Below are positions 11,369 through 20,703 of a stretch of DNA of 64,000 bases, piece by piece. Source of the DNA: Bacteroidota bacterium (lineage in GTDB: Bacteria; Bacteroidota; Bacteroidia; B-17B0; Aurantibacillaceae); NCBI GenBank assembly GCA_016708845.1, contig JADJFB010000018.1, positions 5,018 through 69,017 on the forward strand, read 5' to 3'. Each line of letters starts with the position of its first letter. Within the stretch, counting starts at the first letter, position 1. The translations under genes and the position numbers were made by a program. The notes below the pieces were generated by a model, which worked only from the letters and a program-made list of their open reading frames with translations, made no database searches and was not told the DNA's origin.

Positions 11369-14300
11369 ATGGTGAGTTTTAGATTTATTTTTATAGTTAC
11401 GTTTTTGTGTGGATGTTTTATATCCGCCCAATCTCAAACGAACCTAAAACAAAAATATTTTTTCGTCAAATCTGACACTCTTTTTTTAGATAGTTTAAGT
11501 TTAATTCCTGGTACATTAAATCTTTCTACAAAAAATAACCCATTAGATTCTTCTACTTATCGCATTAACTACCCATTAAAAGCCATCATCTTTAAAGTAA
11601 AGCCTAGCGACCCATTATTGGTTACTTATAAAACCTTCCCCTATAATTTCGAGAAATCATATTATCACCAAAGCACATCAAAACTCACTAAAGATTTATC
11701 GCTACCACAAAACCCGCTTACTTTAGCTTTTGCAGGTTCAGCTCCGGCAAGTGAATCGTTTGTGTCTGACGGATTAAATAAAAACGGAAGTATTAGTCGT
11801 GGTATTAGTTTTGGAAACAACCAAGATGTAGTGGTTAATTCGAGTTTAAACTTGCAAGTGAGCGGAAAATTAACGCAAGAAGTAGATTTATTATTAGCTG
11901 CCACGGATGACAATATTCCTTTTCAAGCAGATGGAACTACGGCTCAGTTGCAAGAGTTTGATAAAGTGTTTGTGCAATTATCCAATAAAAATTCAAAACT
12001 CATTGTTGGAGATTTTCAATTACAACGTCCCACTAGTTATTTCATGAACTTCTATAAACGTTCGCAAGGCGCTTACTTTAGTAATAATTATTACGACACG
12101 ATTAACAAACAACAAGTGGTTTTTAAAACTCAAGTGAGTGGCGCTGTTAGTAGAGGAAAATTTGCAAGGAATGTAATTCAGGGAACAGAAAACAATCAAG
12201 GGCCTTACAGATTGCGTGGCGATAACAATGAACAGTTTATCATTGTGCTTTCAGGTACCGAACGAATATATATTGATGGAAAACTGCTTCAACGTGGACA
12301 AGAGAATGATTACATCATTGATTATAATACTTCTGAATTAACCTTTACCGCCAAACAAATTATTACCAAAGACAAACGTATTATTGCAGAATTTCAATAC
12401 GCCGAACGAAATTACGCGCGTTCATTATATTTTTTTAGTGAAGAAATAGAAGCAAAGAAATTAAAAGTGCGACTTAACTTTTTTGGTGAGCAGGACAACA
12501 AAAACAAAACCCTACAACAAAGCTTAACTGAACCACAAAAACTTACGATGTTTAACATCGGCGATACTTTGAGCAAAGCAGTAACTAGCGGAGCAACCCT
12601 AGCAACATTTAACACAACCGATGTGTTTTATTGGAAAAAAGATACCGTTGTTTCTGCAATATTATATCCTGGAATTTTTGTTTATTCAACAAATCCCGAT
12701 AGCGCTAAGTACACCGTTAAATATAGTTATGTAGGCGAAAATAATGGTTACTATGTTCAAGTATCAACCACAGCAAACGGCAAGGTTTACAAATGGGTAG
12801 CTCCAGTAGGCGGCGTGCTGCAAGGAAATTATGAGCCAGTGATACCTTTAGTAACCCCTAAGAAAAAACAAATGTTTGCCGCAGGTGCAAATTATGAATT
12901 TAATAAAAATCATAATTTAGATTTAGAAGGTGTGTATACCAAAAATGACATCAATACCTTTAGTAAATTTAATTCTCAAAACGATGATGGTTATGGCTTA
13001 AAATTAAACAGCAATAACCAAAGCGTTATAAAACAAGACACGGTCAGTAAACAATCTCTAAATGCAGTTTATAATATAGGTTACGAATATGTACAACAAA
13101 ATTTTAATCCTATAGAGCGCTACCGAGCTATTGAATTTGAGCGCGACTGGAATCGGCCAATTAATGCCCCCATCAATACCGACCAACATGTAGGTTTTGC
13201 TCAGGTAGGAATTCAAAAAAATAATAAATTAAAATTATTATACGGTGTTAACTTCTTCAAAGAAGGTGTTTTTTATGATGGATTAAAGCATAGTGTACAA
13301 AGTTTATTTAATACCAAAACAAGTAATATTACCTACAACGGTTCTTATTTAACTAGTAATTACAACTCTCAACTCAGTAATTTTTATCGACACAAAACAG
13401 CTTTCTCTCAATCGTTTTGGAAATTAAGAGTAAATTTTTTGGATGAGTTTGAACAAAATAGGTTTCGAAAAAACACCTCAGATAGTTTATTATCTCGCAG
13501 TTATCAGTTTTGGGAATGGGAAGGAAACATCACCAATAAAGATACTAGCGGGAATTTATACAAATTATTTTATCGAGAGCGAAGAGATAAGCAAGCCTAC
13601 AATTCCATCTTAAAAGACTCTACTTATGCACAAAACACGGGTTTCTCGGCAAATATTAATAGTATTCGTAATCATCCGTTTTCAGTCGTATTTACTTACC
13701 GTGAATTGAAATTAAAAAGAGACTCGATGACCATTAAGCCTGATAATACCCTATTAAGCAGAATAGAATATTCGCCACGATTAATTAAAGGTTTTATCAC
13801 ATCGAGTATGTTTTACGAAACAGGTTATGGTTTAGAAAATAAAAAAGAATACTACTATTTGTTAGTAGCAGCAGGGCAAGGAACGTATGCTTGGAAAGAT
13901 TATAACGACAACGGCATAGCCGAATTAAATGAATTTGAAATTGCGCAGTTTTCCGATCAAGCATTGTACATTAAAGTGTATACGCCAACAAACCAATATG
14001 TAAAGGTATTGCACGATCAATTTAGTTTTTCATTAAACCTTCGCCCCGCTGTATTTTTAAAAGATAGTTCTGGCAAAGCGCTTAAATTTATTAGCCGTTT
14101 TGCTACGCAATCTGTTTACCGAGTTGATAAAAAATCGTACGATAACGGAAAATTATTTACGTTTAATCCTACGGATATTCGTTTAGACGACTCTTTACTA
14201 ACCGCATTAAATTCTTCGTTACGTCAAAGCTTGTTTTTCAATCAAAGTGCCGCTGTGTTTGGCACAGATTACACCTATCAAAGTAATTTAAGCAAACAAC

Positions 14301-14848
14301 TATTAACCAATGGCTTTGAAACAAGAGAAAATACGACACATGAATGGCGTTGGAGATGGAATGTAACCAAGGCTTGGAGTTTAAATAGCACTAATTTATA
14401 TGGCATTAAATCAACGGTATCTGAATTTTTTAGTACTCGAAATTATAAGCTAGAGTCTTATGACTTAGAACAAAAATTAAGCTATCAACCTAATACTGCC
14501 TTTAGAATTAGCGTCCTTTATAAACACAACAAAAAACAAAATATTATTAATAGAACAGAAGCCATGACGATTGGTAATGCTGAAAAAGCTGAACTCAACG
14601 ATTTTGGTTTAGAATTTAAATTTAATCAGGTAGAAAAAGGAAGTATCACTGGTAAAGCTAACTTCATTAACATATCATATAAGCCCCGGAAAAACCCCCC
14701 GGGGCCGAAAGGTGGAACGCCCAAAAAACGGGGTAAAACACACGGGGGAACCCCTAACATACAAATTAGTATTAATTACAATGGCAGAAAATCGCCCAAT
14801 AGTAAAATTATAAATATTGGCGGCGCTCAAGTAAGGGCGTTTTTTTAA
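11369..14848 (+). CDS. Large conserved outer-membrane protein of unknown function (signal peptide, beta-barrel-like C-terminus ending ...GGAQVRAFF)
   Basis: 1159-aa uninterrupted ORF with signal peptide MVSFRFIFIVTFLCGCFISAQS. Alternating-hydrophobic strands and a terminal aromatic residue are typical of OMPs. I do not recognise the family. Confidence 0.6.
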   Translation: MVSFRFIFIVTFLCGCFISAQSQTNLKQKYFFVKSDTLFLDSLSLIPGTLNLSTKNNPLDSSTYRINYPLKAIIFKVKPSDPLLVTYKTFPYNFEKSYYHQSTSKLTKDLSLPQNPLTLAFAGSAPASESFVSDGLNKNGSISRGISFGNNQDVVVNSSLNLQVSGKLTQEVDLLLAATDDNIPFQADGTTAQLQEFDKVFVQLSNKNSKLIVGDFQLQRPTSYFMNFYKRSQGAYFSNNYYDTINKQQVVFKTQVSGAVSRGKFARNVIQGTENNQGPYRLRGDNNEQFIIVLSGTERIYIDGKLLQRGQENDYIIDYNTSELTFTAKQIITKDKRIIAEFQYAERNYARSLYFFSEEIEAKKLKVRLNFFGEQDNKNKTLQQSLTEPQKLTMFNIGDTLSKAVTSGATLATFNTTDVFYWKKDTVVSAILYPGIFVYSTNPDSAKYTVKYSYVGENNGYYVQVSTTANGKVYKWVAPVGGVLQGNYEPVIPLVTPKKKQMFAAGANYEFNKNHNLDLEGVYTKNDINTFSKFNSQNDDGYGLKLNSNNQSVIKQDTVSKQSLNAVYNIGYEYVQQNFNPIERYRAIEFERDWNRPINAPINTDQHVGFAQVGIQKNNKLKLLYGVNFFKEGVFYDGLKHSVQSLFNTKTSNITYNGSYLTSNYNSQLSNFYRHKTAFSQSFWKLRVNFLDEFEQNRFRKNTSDSLLSRSYQFWEWEGNITNKDTSGNLYKLFYRERRDKQAYNSILKDSTYAQNTGFSANINSIRNHPFSVVFTYRELKLKRDSMTIKPDNTLLSRIEYSPRLIKGFITSSMFYETGYGLENKKEYYYLLVAAGQGTYAWKDYNDNGIAELNEFEIAQFSDQALYIKVYTPTNQYVKVLHDQFSFSLNLRPAVFLKDSSGKALKFISRFATQSVYRVDKKSYDNGKLFTFNPTDIRLDDSLLTALNSSLRQSLFFNQSAAVFGTDYTYQSNLSKQLLTNGFETRENTTHEWRWRWNVTKAWSLNSTNLYGIKSTVSEFFSTRNYKLESYDLEQKLSYQPNTAFRISVLYKHNKKQNIINRTEAMTIGNAEKAELNDFGLEFKFNQVEKGSITGKANFINISYKPRKNPPGPKGGTPKKRGKTHGGTPNIQISINYNGRKSPNSKIINIGGAQVRAFF
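14683..14754. other. Anomalous GC-rich homopolymer/palindrome-rich stretch inside the 3' end of the OMP gene
   Basis: gccccggaaaaaccccccggggccgaaaggtggaacgcccaaaaaacggggtaaaacacacgggggaacccc encodes KPRKNPPGPKGGTPKKRGKTHGGTP, in frame with normal flanks. Confidence 0.6.
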
Positions 14849-14850
14849 TA

Positions 14851-15150
14851 TTAATCTGTAATAACCAGTTTTTTTGTTTCAAAAACCAAGTTGTTTAAAC
14901 TAAAAGAAATAAAATACATTCCAGCTGGTAAATTATTTAATTGTACATCATTAATCGATGATTCTAACTTTCCTGATTTCACAACACAACCATCAATTCC
15001 CACAATTGAATTGGTGTTTGAAAAAAAAAGGGGGAGAAAACATTTAATACCAACAGTATCAATTTCATGGCGAAATTGCCGGGCATACAGTAAAATTATA
15101 TGCAGAGCATTGCCAATTAGTAATTTGTTGGGAATACATTGTGAAACAGT
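14851..15150 (-). pseudogene. Orphan T9SS type-A C-terminal sorting domain remnant (no cargo domain)
   Basis: Minus-strand translation IPNKLLIGNALHI...INDVQLNNLPAGMYFISFSLNNLVFETKKLVITD* matches the CTD pattern (xPNP-like start, L..G.Y.I, K-rich end). There is no room for a cargo domain because ribE starts at 15185. Confidence 0.45.
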
Positions 15151-15172
15151 GTTTATGTGTTTCCGCCCCTTA

Positions 15173-15180
15173 TATATTTG
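15173..15180 (+). promoter_or_regulatory. -7 promoter box candidate (TATATTTG) for ribE
   Basis: Exact TAnnTTTG match ending 4 nt before the ribE ATG, which implies a leaderless or near-leaderless mRNA. Confidence 0.35.
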
Positions 15181-15184
15181 TATC

Positions 15185-15769
15185 ATGTTTACAGGAATTA
15201 TAGAAGGACTTTCGAAAGTAGAAGCTATTGAAAAAGAAAATACTAATGTGCATTTTACATTTAGTTGTGCTTTTACTCACGAACTAAAAATAGATCAAAG
15301 CGTAGCCCATAATGGTGTGTGCTTAACAGTTGTAAAAATTAACGGGCATCAATATACAGTTACCGCTATTGATGAAACTTTACAAAAAACCAATTTAGGG
15401 AATTTGAAAGTGGGAGATGAAGTTAACTTAGAACGTTGCATGCCCGCTAATGGACGATTTGATGGGCATATTGTGCAAGGCCATGTCGATCAAACAGGAA
15501 TTGTAACTTCTATAATTGATAATAAAGGCAGCTGGACTTATACGATCGAATATAATAATAAATTAGGGAACGTAACCGTAGAAAAAGGAAGTATCACTAT
15601 TAACGGAACAAGCCTAACGGTAGTGGATTCAAAAGACGATGCGTTCTCCGTTTGCATTATTCCATATACATTTGAAAACACCGTTTTTAAACATTTAAAA
15701 GTAAACGATGTTGTTAACCTAGAGTTTGATATTGTTGGGAAATATGTGGCTCGCTTACTTAAAAAATAA
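15185..15769 (+). CDS. ribE: Riboflavin synthase (alpha chain)
   Basis: Starts MFTGIIEG. Duplicated lumazine-binding repeats (VGDEVNLE / VNDVVNLE). The ORF-track start at 14891 is an unsupported N-terminal extension. Confidence 0.9.
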   Translation: MFTGIIEGLSKVEAIEKENTNVHFTFSCAFTHELKIDQSVAHNGVCLTVVKINGHQYTVTAIDETLQKTNLGNLKVGDEVNLERCMPANGRFDGHIVQGHVDQTGIVTSIIDNKGSWTYTIEYNNKLGNVTVEKGSITINGTSLTVVDSKDDAFSVCIIPYTFENTVFKHLKVNDVVNLEFDIVGKYVARLLKK

Positions 15770-15772
15770 ATC

Positions 15773-17344
15773 ATGCAACAAAAAGTAGATGTTTTAATTA
15801 TTGGTAGCGGTATTGCTGGTTTGAGTTATGCGCTTAAAGTTGCAGAAAATAATTCTGTTTTTATTGTGACTAAAAGCAACGAAGACGAATCGAATACTAA
15901 ATATGCACAAGGCGGCATTGCAGCTGTGTGGCATGATAAAGACACGATTGAAAAACATATACAAGACACCTTAATTGCAGGCGCAGGATTATGTGATGAA
16001 GAAGCGGTAAGGGTAGTAGTCACAGAAGGCACGGAACGAGTACGCGAATTAATTGAACTAGGTGCTAATTTTGATAAAAATAAAGAAGGCACTTACGATT
16101 TAGCTAAAGAAGGTGGTCACTCCGAACACCGCATTTTACATTATAAAGACATTACGGGTTATGAAATTGAACGTGCGTTAATTGCACAAATTCGTAAACA
16201 TAAAAACATTACCGTTCTTGATCATCACTACGCTATTGATGTGATTACTCAACATCATTTAGGAGAAGTTGTCACCTCTCACTCAAAAGATATTAAGTGT
16301 TTTGGTGCTTATATTTTAAATACTAAAACACAAAAAATAGAAACCGTTCTTTCAAAAATCACCTTAATGGCAACTGGTGGCGCAGGTCATGTATATGCTA
16401 CTACCACCAACCCAACTATTGCTACTGGCGATGGCATTGCTATGGTTTACAGGGCCAAAGGAAGAGTAAAGGATATGGAGTTTGTACAATTTCATCCAAC
16501 CTCTTTATACAATCCAGGAGAGCACCCGAGTTTTTTAATTACAGAAGCCATCCGTGGATTTGGTGCCGTGTTAAAAACCATCGATGGTAAAGAGTTTATG
16601 CAAAAATATGATGAGCGTTTATCCTTGGCGCCTCGTGATATTGTTGCTCGTGCCATTGACAATGAACTAAAAACCCGAGGTGAAGATTTTGTGTATTTAG
16701 ATTGTCGCCATTTAGATAGAAAAGCATTCATTGAGCATTTCCCCAACATTTACAATAAATGTATGGATTTGGATATTGACCCTTTTGTAAATTTAATTCC
16801 TGTGGTACCTGCCATGCATTATTTATGTGGCGGCATTTTGGTTGATAATAACGGACAATCAACCATAGGTAATTTATTTGCCGTGGGCGAATGCGCTTGC
16901 ACGGGCCTTCATGGGGCTAACCGCTTAGCTAGTAATTCATTACTAGAAGCAGTCGTGTTTGCGCATAGAGCGGCTAAATTGACTTCCGAAAATTTACCAA
17001 GCATTTCATTTACCGAAAATATTCCTAATTGGGATGCTGAAGGAACTGAGCATGCCGAGGAAATGGTATTAATTACCCAGTCGCAACGCGAAGTACAGCA
17101 AATTATGAGCAATTATGTAGGTATTGTTCGCTCCGAATTGCGTTTAAAACGTGCTTTTGATCGTTTGGAGATTTTATATAAAGAAAATGAAGCGCTTTAC
17201 GAAAAAACAACGGTTACCCAAAAACTAGGCGAATTGCGCAATTTAATTTGTATTGGCTATTTAATCATCAAACACGCTATGCGCCGCAAGGAGTCTGTGG
17301 GTTTGCATTATATGGTGAATTATAGCAAAGATGCAGTAAAATAA
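15773..17344 (+). CDS. nadB: L-aspartate oxidase
   Basis: DVLIIGSGIAGL FAD motif, YAQGGIAA, GANRLASNSLLE. 523 aa. Confidence 0.92.
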   Translation: MQQKVDVLIIGSGIAGLSYALKVAENNSVFIVTKSNEDESNTKYAQGGIAAVWHDKDTIEKHIQDTLIAGAGLCDEEAVRVVVTEGTERVRELIELGANFDKNKEGTYDLAKEGGHSEHRILHYKDITGYEIERALIAQIRKHKNITVLDHHYAIDVITQHHLGEVVTSHSKDIKCFGAYILNTKTQKIETVLSKITLMATGGAGHVYATTTNPTIATGDGIAMVYRAKGRVKDMEFVQFHPTSLYNPGEHPSFLITEAIRGFGAVLKTIDGKEFMQKYDERLSLAPRDIVARAIDNELKTRGEDFVYLDCRHLDRKAFIEHFPNIYNKCMDLDIDPFVNLIPVVPAMHYLCGGILVDNNGQSTIGNLFAVGECACTGLHGANRLASNSLLEAVVFAHRAAKLTSENLPSISFTENIPNWDAEGTEHAEEMVLITQSQREVQQIMSNYVGIVRSELRLKRAFDRLEILYKENEALYEKTTVTQKLGELRNLICIGYLIIKHAMRRKESVGLHYMVNYSKDAVK

Positions 17345-17382
17345 ATTTTTTCTATAAATTTTAGTAAAAACAAAAAAAACAT

Positions 17383-17390
17383 TACATTTG
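17383..17390 (+). promoter_or_regulatory. -7 promoter box candidate (TACATTTG) for tRNA-His
   Basis: Exact TAnnTTTG match 11 nt upstream of the tRNA 5' end. Confidence 0.4.
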
Positions 17391-17401
17391 TAGCCCAAAA
17401 T

Positions 17402-17476
17402 GGTAGATGTAGCTCAGTTGGTTAGAGCATCGGTTTGTGGTACCGAGGGTCGAGGGTTCGAGCCCCTTCATTTACC
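17402..17476 (+). tRNA. tRNA-His (anticodon GTG)
   Basis: Hand-folded cloverleaf: acceptor GTAGATG/CATTTAC, anticodon stem TCGGT/ACCGA with loop TTGTGGT, T-arm GAGGG-TTCGAGC-CCCTT. The extra 5' G opposite C73 is the His identity element. No encoded CCA. Confidence 0.85.
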
Positions 17477-17481
17477 CTTCT

Positions 17482-17518
17482 AAAAAGGCTGTCCGCTAAC
17501 TAGCGGACAGCCTTTTTT
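17482..17518 (+). terminator. Rho-independent terminator after tRNA-His
   Basis: Perfect 12-bp stem ggctgtccgcta-ac-tagcggacagcc followed by T6 and preceded by A5. Confidence 0.75.
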
Positions 17519-17553
17519 GTTAATTTTATATACCTTTAGTATATATTTTTCGA

Positions 17554-18699
17554 ATGAAAAAAGTTTCTGTTTTTTTTATATTGATGATCCTTTTGAAAAT
17601 GAATGGTTACTGTCAAACGTATCCAATGTTTGGCAATGATATTCCAGTAACAATTAACGGACTAACATTTGATGCTATGGAACCAGCATTGTCAACGGAT
17701 GGTAATGCCTTGTTTTTTAATAGTTTAAATGATGGTATAACAACTAGCATTTACTATGCGGCAAAAGTAAATGATTCTGTTTTTAATTTTATTGGGCTTG
17801 TTCCTATTATTAACCAAACTGTTACACCTCACTTAGATGGGGTAGCTTCATTAGACTCATCAAATAATCTATACTGGGTATCCACTCGAAATTATCCCGC
17901 TTCCTATAATAATTTGCAACGCATTAAATTTACAGGAACTAGTTACACAAATTTTGGTTCAGTTTATGGAGATTTTTACATCAACTCTCCTGGCCATCTT
18001 ATTATGGATGCCACAACAAACTACAGCGGTGAACAACTTATATACTGTAATGCCTTTTTTAATAATTGTTTGGGAGGAGCTCCTTGTAAATCATCAATGG
18101 GAATGGCGCAAAAATTAAATGATTCTACTTTTAATAAACTAATAAATACATCTGCATTATTTACAAACATAAACGATACCACTAATTATATTGTTTACGC
18201 GCCAAGTATTTCAAAAGACGGGTTAGAACTTTATTATACTAGGTTATTACATTATGCTACGCAAACAGAAATTATGGTATCCGTAAGAACTAATACCAAT
18301 CAGGCATTTAACTTACCAATGTTATTAATAGGATCACCCAATTTATTGCCAGAAGCAGCTACCATTAGCTCCGACAATTCTAAAATATATTATCATAAAA
18401 AAGTTGGAGGTATCTTCAAAATATTTTTCCGAGAAAAAGTAATTCCAACTCATATTGATAATAATAAGAAACATACTGAAATCGTTATATTCCCAAATCC
18501 AGCATCTAATGCAATTTTCATAAAAGCTAATAATTACTCTGGTGACTACGAGGTAGAAATATATAACGTGCTTGGGATATGTGTTTTAAAATCAGTAATG
18601 CAAGAAAGCATTGATGTGAGTAGACTAGCAAAAGGCATATACTATATAAAAGTAATGCAAGAAGACCGAACAATAGTTAAGCAAATTATTAAGCAATAA
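17554..18699 (+). CDS. Secreted protein with T9SS type-A C-terminal sorting domain (TolB/PD40-like beta-propeller N-terminal region)
   Basis: Signal peptide. C-terminus IFPNPASNAIFIK...VEIYNVLGICV...IDVSRLAKGIYYIKV...IIKQ. Confidence 0.75.
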   Translation: MKKVSVFFILMILLKMNGYCQTYPMFGNDIPVTINGLTFDAMEPALSTDGNALFFNSLNDGITTSIYYAAKVNDSVFNFIGLVPIINQTVTPHLDGVASLDSSNNLYWVSTRNYPASYNNLQRIKFTGTSYTNFGSVYGDFYINSPGHLIMDATTNYSGEQLIYCNAFFNNCLGGAPCKSSMGMAQKLNDSTFNKLINTSALFTNINDTTNYIVYAPSISKDGLELYYTRLLHYATQTEIMVSVRTNTNQAFNLPMLLIGSPNLLPEAATISSDNSKIYYHKKVGGIFKIFFREKVIPTHIDNNKKHTEIVIFPNPASNAIFIKANNYSGDYEVEIYNVLGICVLKSVMQESIDVSRLAKGIYYIKVMQEDRTIVKQIIKQ

Positions 18700-18714
18700 T
18701 TAACCTCCATCAAT

Positions 18715-19855
18715 ATGCAACAATTCGACGTCATCATATGCGGAGCTGGCCCAGCTGGAAGCACTTGTGCTTTGGGCTTGTTTGAGGCAGGGTTGAATGT
18801 TGCTTTGTTGGATAAACAATCTTTTCCCAGAGAAAAAATTTGTGGCGATGCTTATGGTGGTTATGCCTATAAAATATTAAATACAATCTCTCCAAAGTTC
18901 GGAGCCAAATTATTAGCCATCAATCAAGGTGCTATTATTAAACGTGCCAAATTTGTGTCTCCTAAAAAACACTTAGTTGAAATTCGCTTAAAAGGTTTTT
19001 TCTCTAGTCTGCCACGCACTGTGTTTGACAATTTTTTACTGCAGATGGTAAAAGAAGAAACAAAAACGACCATCTTCGAAAATACCACTGTGCAAAAAAA
19101 TAGATGTGCAAAAAGATGGTGTAATTATAACAACTCATGACGGAACACAATTAAAAGCAAAAATGGTAATTGGTTGTGATGGCGCACACTCCATCGTTCA
19201 ATCTGCTTTAACCAATACGCGTGAAGCATTAGTTGAAACCTATCCTGGCATTCGTTCTTATTACAAAAATGTAAAGGGTGTAGAACAAGACTGTTTGGAG
19301 ATTCATTTTTTACCAAACATTCCAAAAGGTTACTTCTGGATTTTTCCTTCTACGGATGGTTTAACTAATGTAGGAATTGCTGCTAATAAAAAAATGTTAG
19401 CGAAGCACAACATCAACATGCGAAAAGAATTTCACTACTTGATGAATGAAGCTCCGCAATTTAAAGAACGTTTTGCTGAAGCTGAATTAGTTGGTGAAGA
19501 AAAAGGTTGGTCAATTCCTATCGGTTACTTTGATGGTAAATTGCCAATCTCTGGCAATCGTATACTATTGTGCGGAGATGCAGCAGGCCTTGTGGAACCA
19601 GCTACTGGCGAAGGTATTGCTCCCGCCATGTCATCAGGTAGATTCGCCGCCTGGCAAATTAAAAAATGTTTTAAAGAAAATAATTTCTCTGCCGACTTTA
19701 TGAAAGGTTATGAAAAAGACATTCATAAAAAATATTTCAGAAATTATTATTTCAAAACAACCATTACCAATCTCTATTATAAAATGCCGTTCTTAATGGA
19801 TTGGGTAATTGCATTTTTTTCTGGCCTACATAAATTACAAGGAAGAAAATATTAA
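18715..19855 (+). pseudogene. Geranylgeranyl-reductase-family FAD-dependent oxidoreductase, one frameshift as assembled
   Basis: FDVIICGAGPAGSTCA and GDAAGLVEPATGEGI motifs. ORFs 18715..19140 and 19106..19855 join as ...TTVQK|IDVQKDGVI if the A7 run at 19094..19100 is read as A6. Confidence 0.85.
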
Positions 19856-20655
19856 AATCGTTTCAATTGCTCGTTCCCAAAGAAATCCCACTCAGGCGTA
19901 TTGATTTGTTCTGCATCTGCATTCAACTCATACCAAGGAGAAATAGCAGGATTGTTTTTATTAATCAAAATATGAATGTCTTGCGCAGGCATATAACTCT
20001 GTGCTACCATAAATAGTTTTTTATTGGTTTTTGTATTAATTGCCATATCCACCACAATAACCGCATGTCCTGGGCTTCCTCCTAAAATCAATACATCTCC
20101 AATTTGCATGTCTTTTTGAGCAACCTTATTTAATTCTTTACTTAAAGACGCTGTGCCTGCATAAGTAAATACCATATTTAAATATTCTTTAAAGGATGTA
20201 TAGGAAACACTTTCTTTCGTTGTCTTTACCCAAGTTACATTATTGCCTTTTACTGCAATGCGATAACCTTTTCTCCACTTAGCATATTCTGCATTAAATC
20301 CATTGGTGAAATTAAAATGCAAGGCATCATACAATTTATTTTGATATAAATACTCGGCGCGCAAACGCATCACTGCATCTGCACATTGTTGTAAATCTTT
20401 TGAACCGACATCAACATTTAAAACTGCGGCAGCCACTTTATTTGGTTTTTCTTGTCCGTTATAAAAATGAACTAACGTGCCGTTTGGTTTTAAAGAAGTG
20501 CTTTGGAGAAATGCTCCGAAAGAATTTATTTCAGATTTTACTCTGACAAAACCTGCAGGCGTTGAGAAACGTTCAGCAACTGTTTTTCCAGCAGCAATAA
20601 CTAATAAAGACGGTTGTTGTTTACGAAAAGCAAAAACAGAAATCAAACAAACCAC
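19852..20655 (-). CDS. DUF4846-like conserved hypothetical protein
   Basis: 267-aa ORF. Family recognised from memory (…GDVLILGGSPGHAVIVVDMA…). Overlaps the convergent neighbour by 4 nt. Confidence 0.6.
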   Translation of the reverse strand: MVCLISVFAFRKQQPSLLVIAAGKTVAERFSTPAGFVRVKSEINSFGAFLQSTSLKPNGTLVHFYNGQEKPNKVAAAVLNVDVGSKDLQQCADAVMRLRAEYLYQNKLYDALHFNFTNGFNAEYAKWRKGYRIAVKGNNVTWVKTTKESVSYTSFKEYLNMVFTYAGTASLSKELNKVAQKDMQIGDVLILGGSPGHAVIVVDMAINTKTNKKLFMVAQSYMPAQDIHILINKNNPAISPWYELNADAEQINTPEWDFFGNEQLKRF

Positions 20656-20703
20656 ACAGGTTAAAACACCAAATTTAAAATATGTGTTTTTGTTTACGAT
20701 GAT

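Noticed and set aside
14891-15184. 98-codon N-terminal extension of ribE in the ORF track
   Set aside because: Riboflavin synthase families start at MFTGIIEG. A TATATTTG box sits inside the extension just before that ATG, and the extension overlaps the CTD remnant on the other strand.
15000-15184. FMN riboswitch upstream of ribE
   Set aside because: No FMN-element-like conserved helices are recognisable. The candidate promoter box ends 4 nt before the ATG, which leaves no leader.
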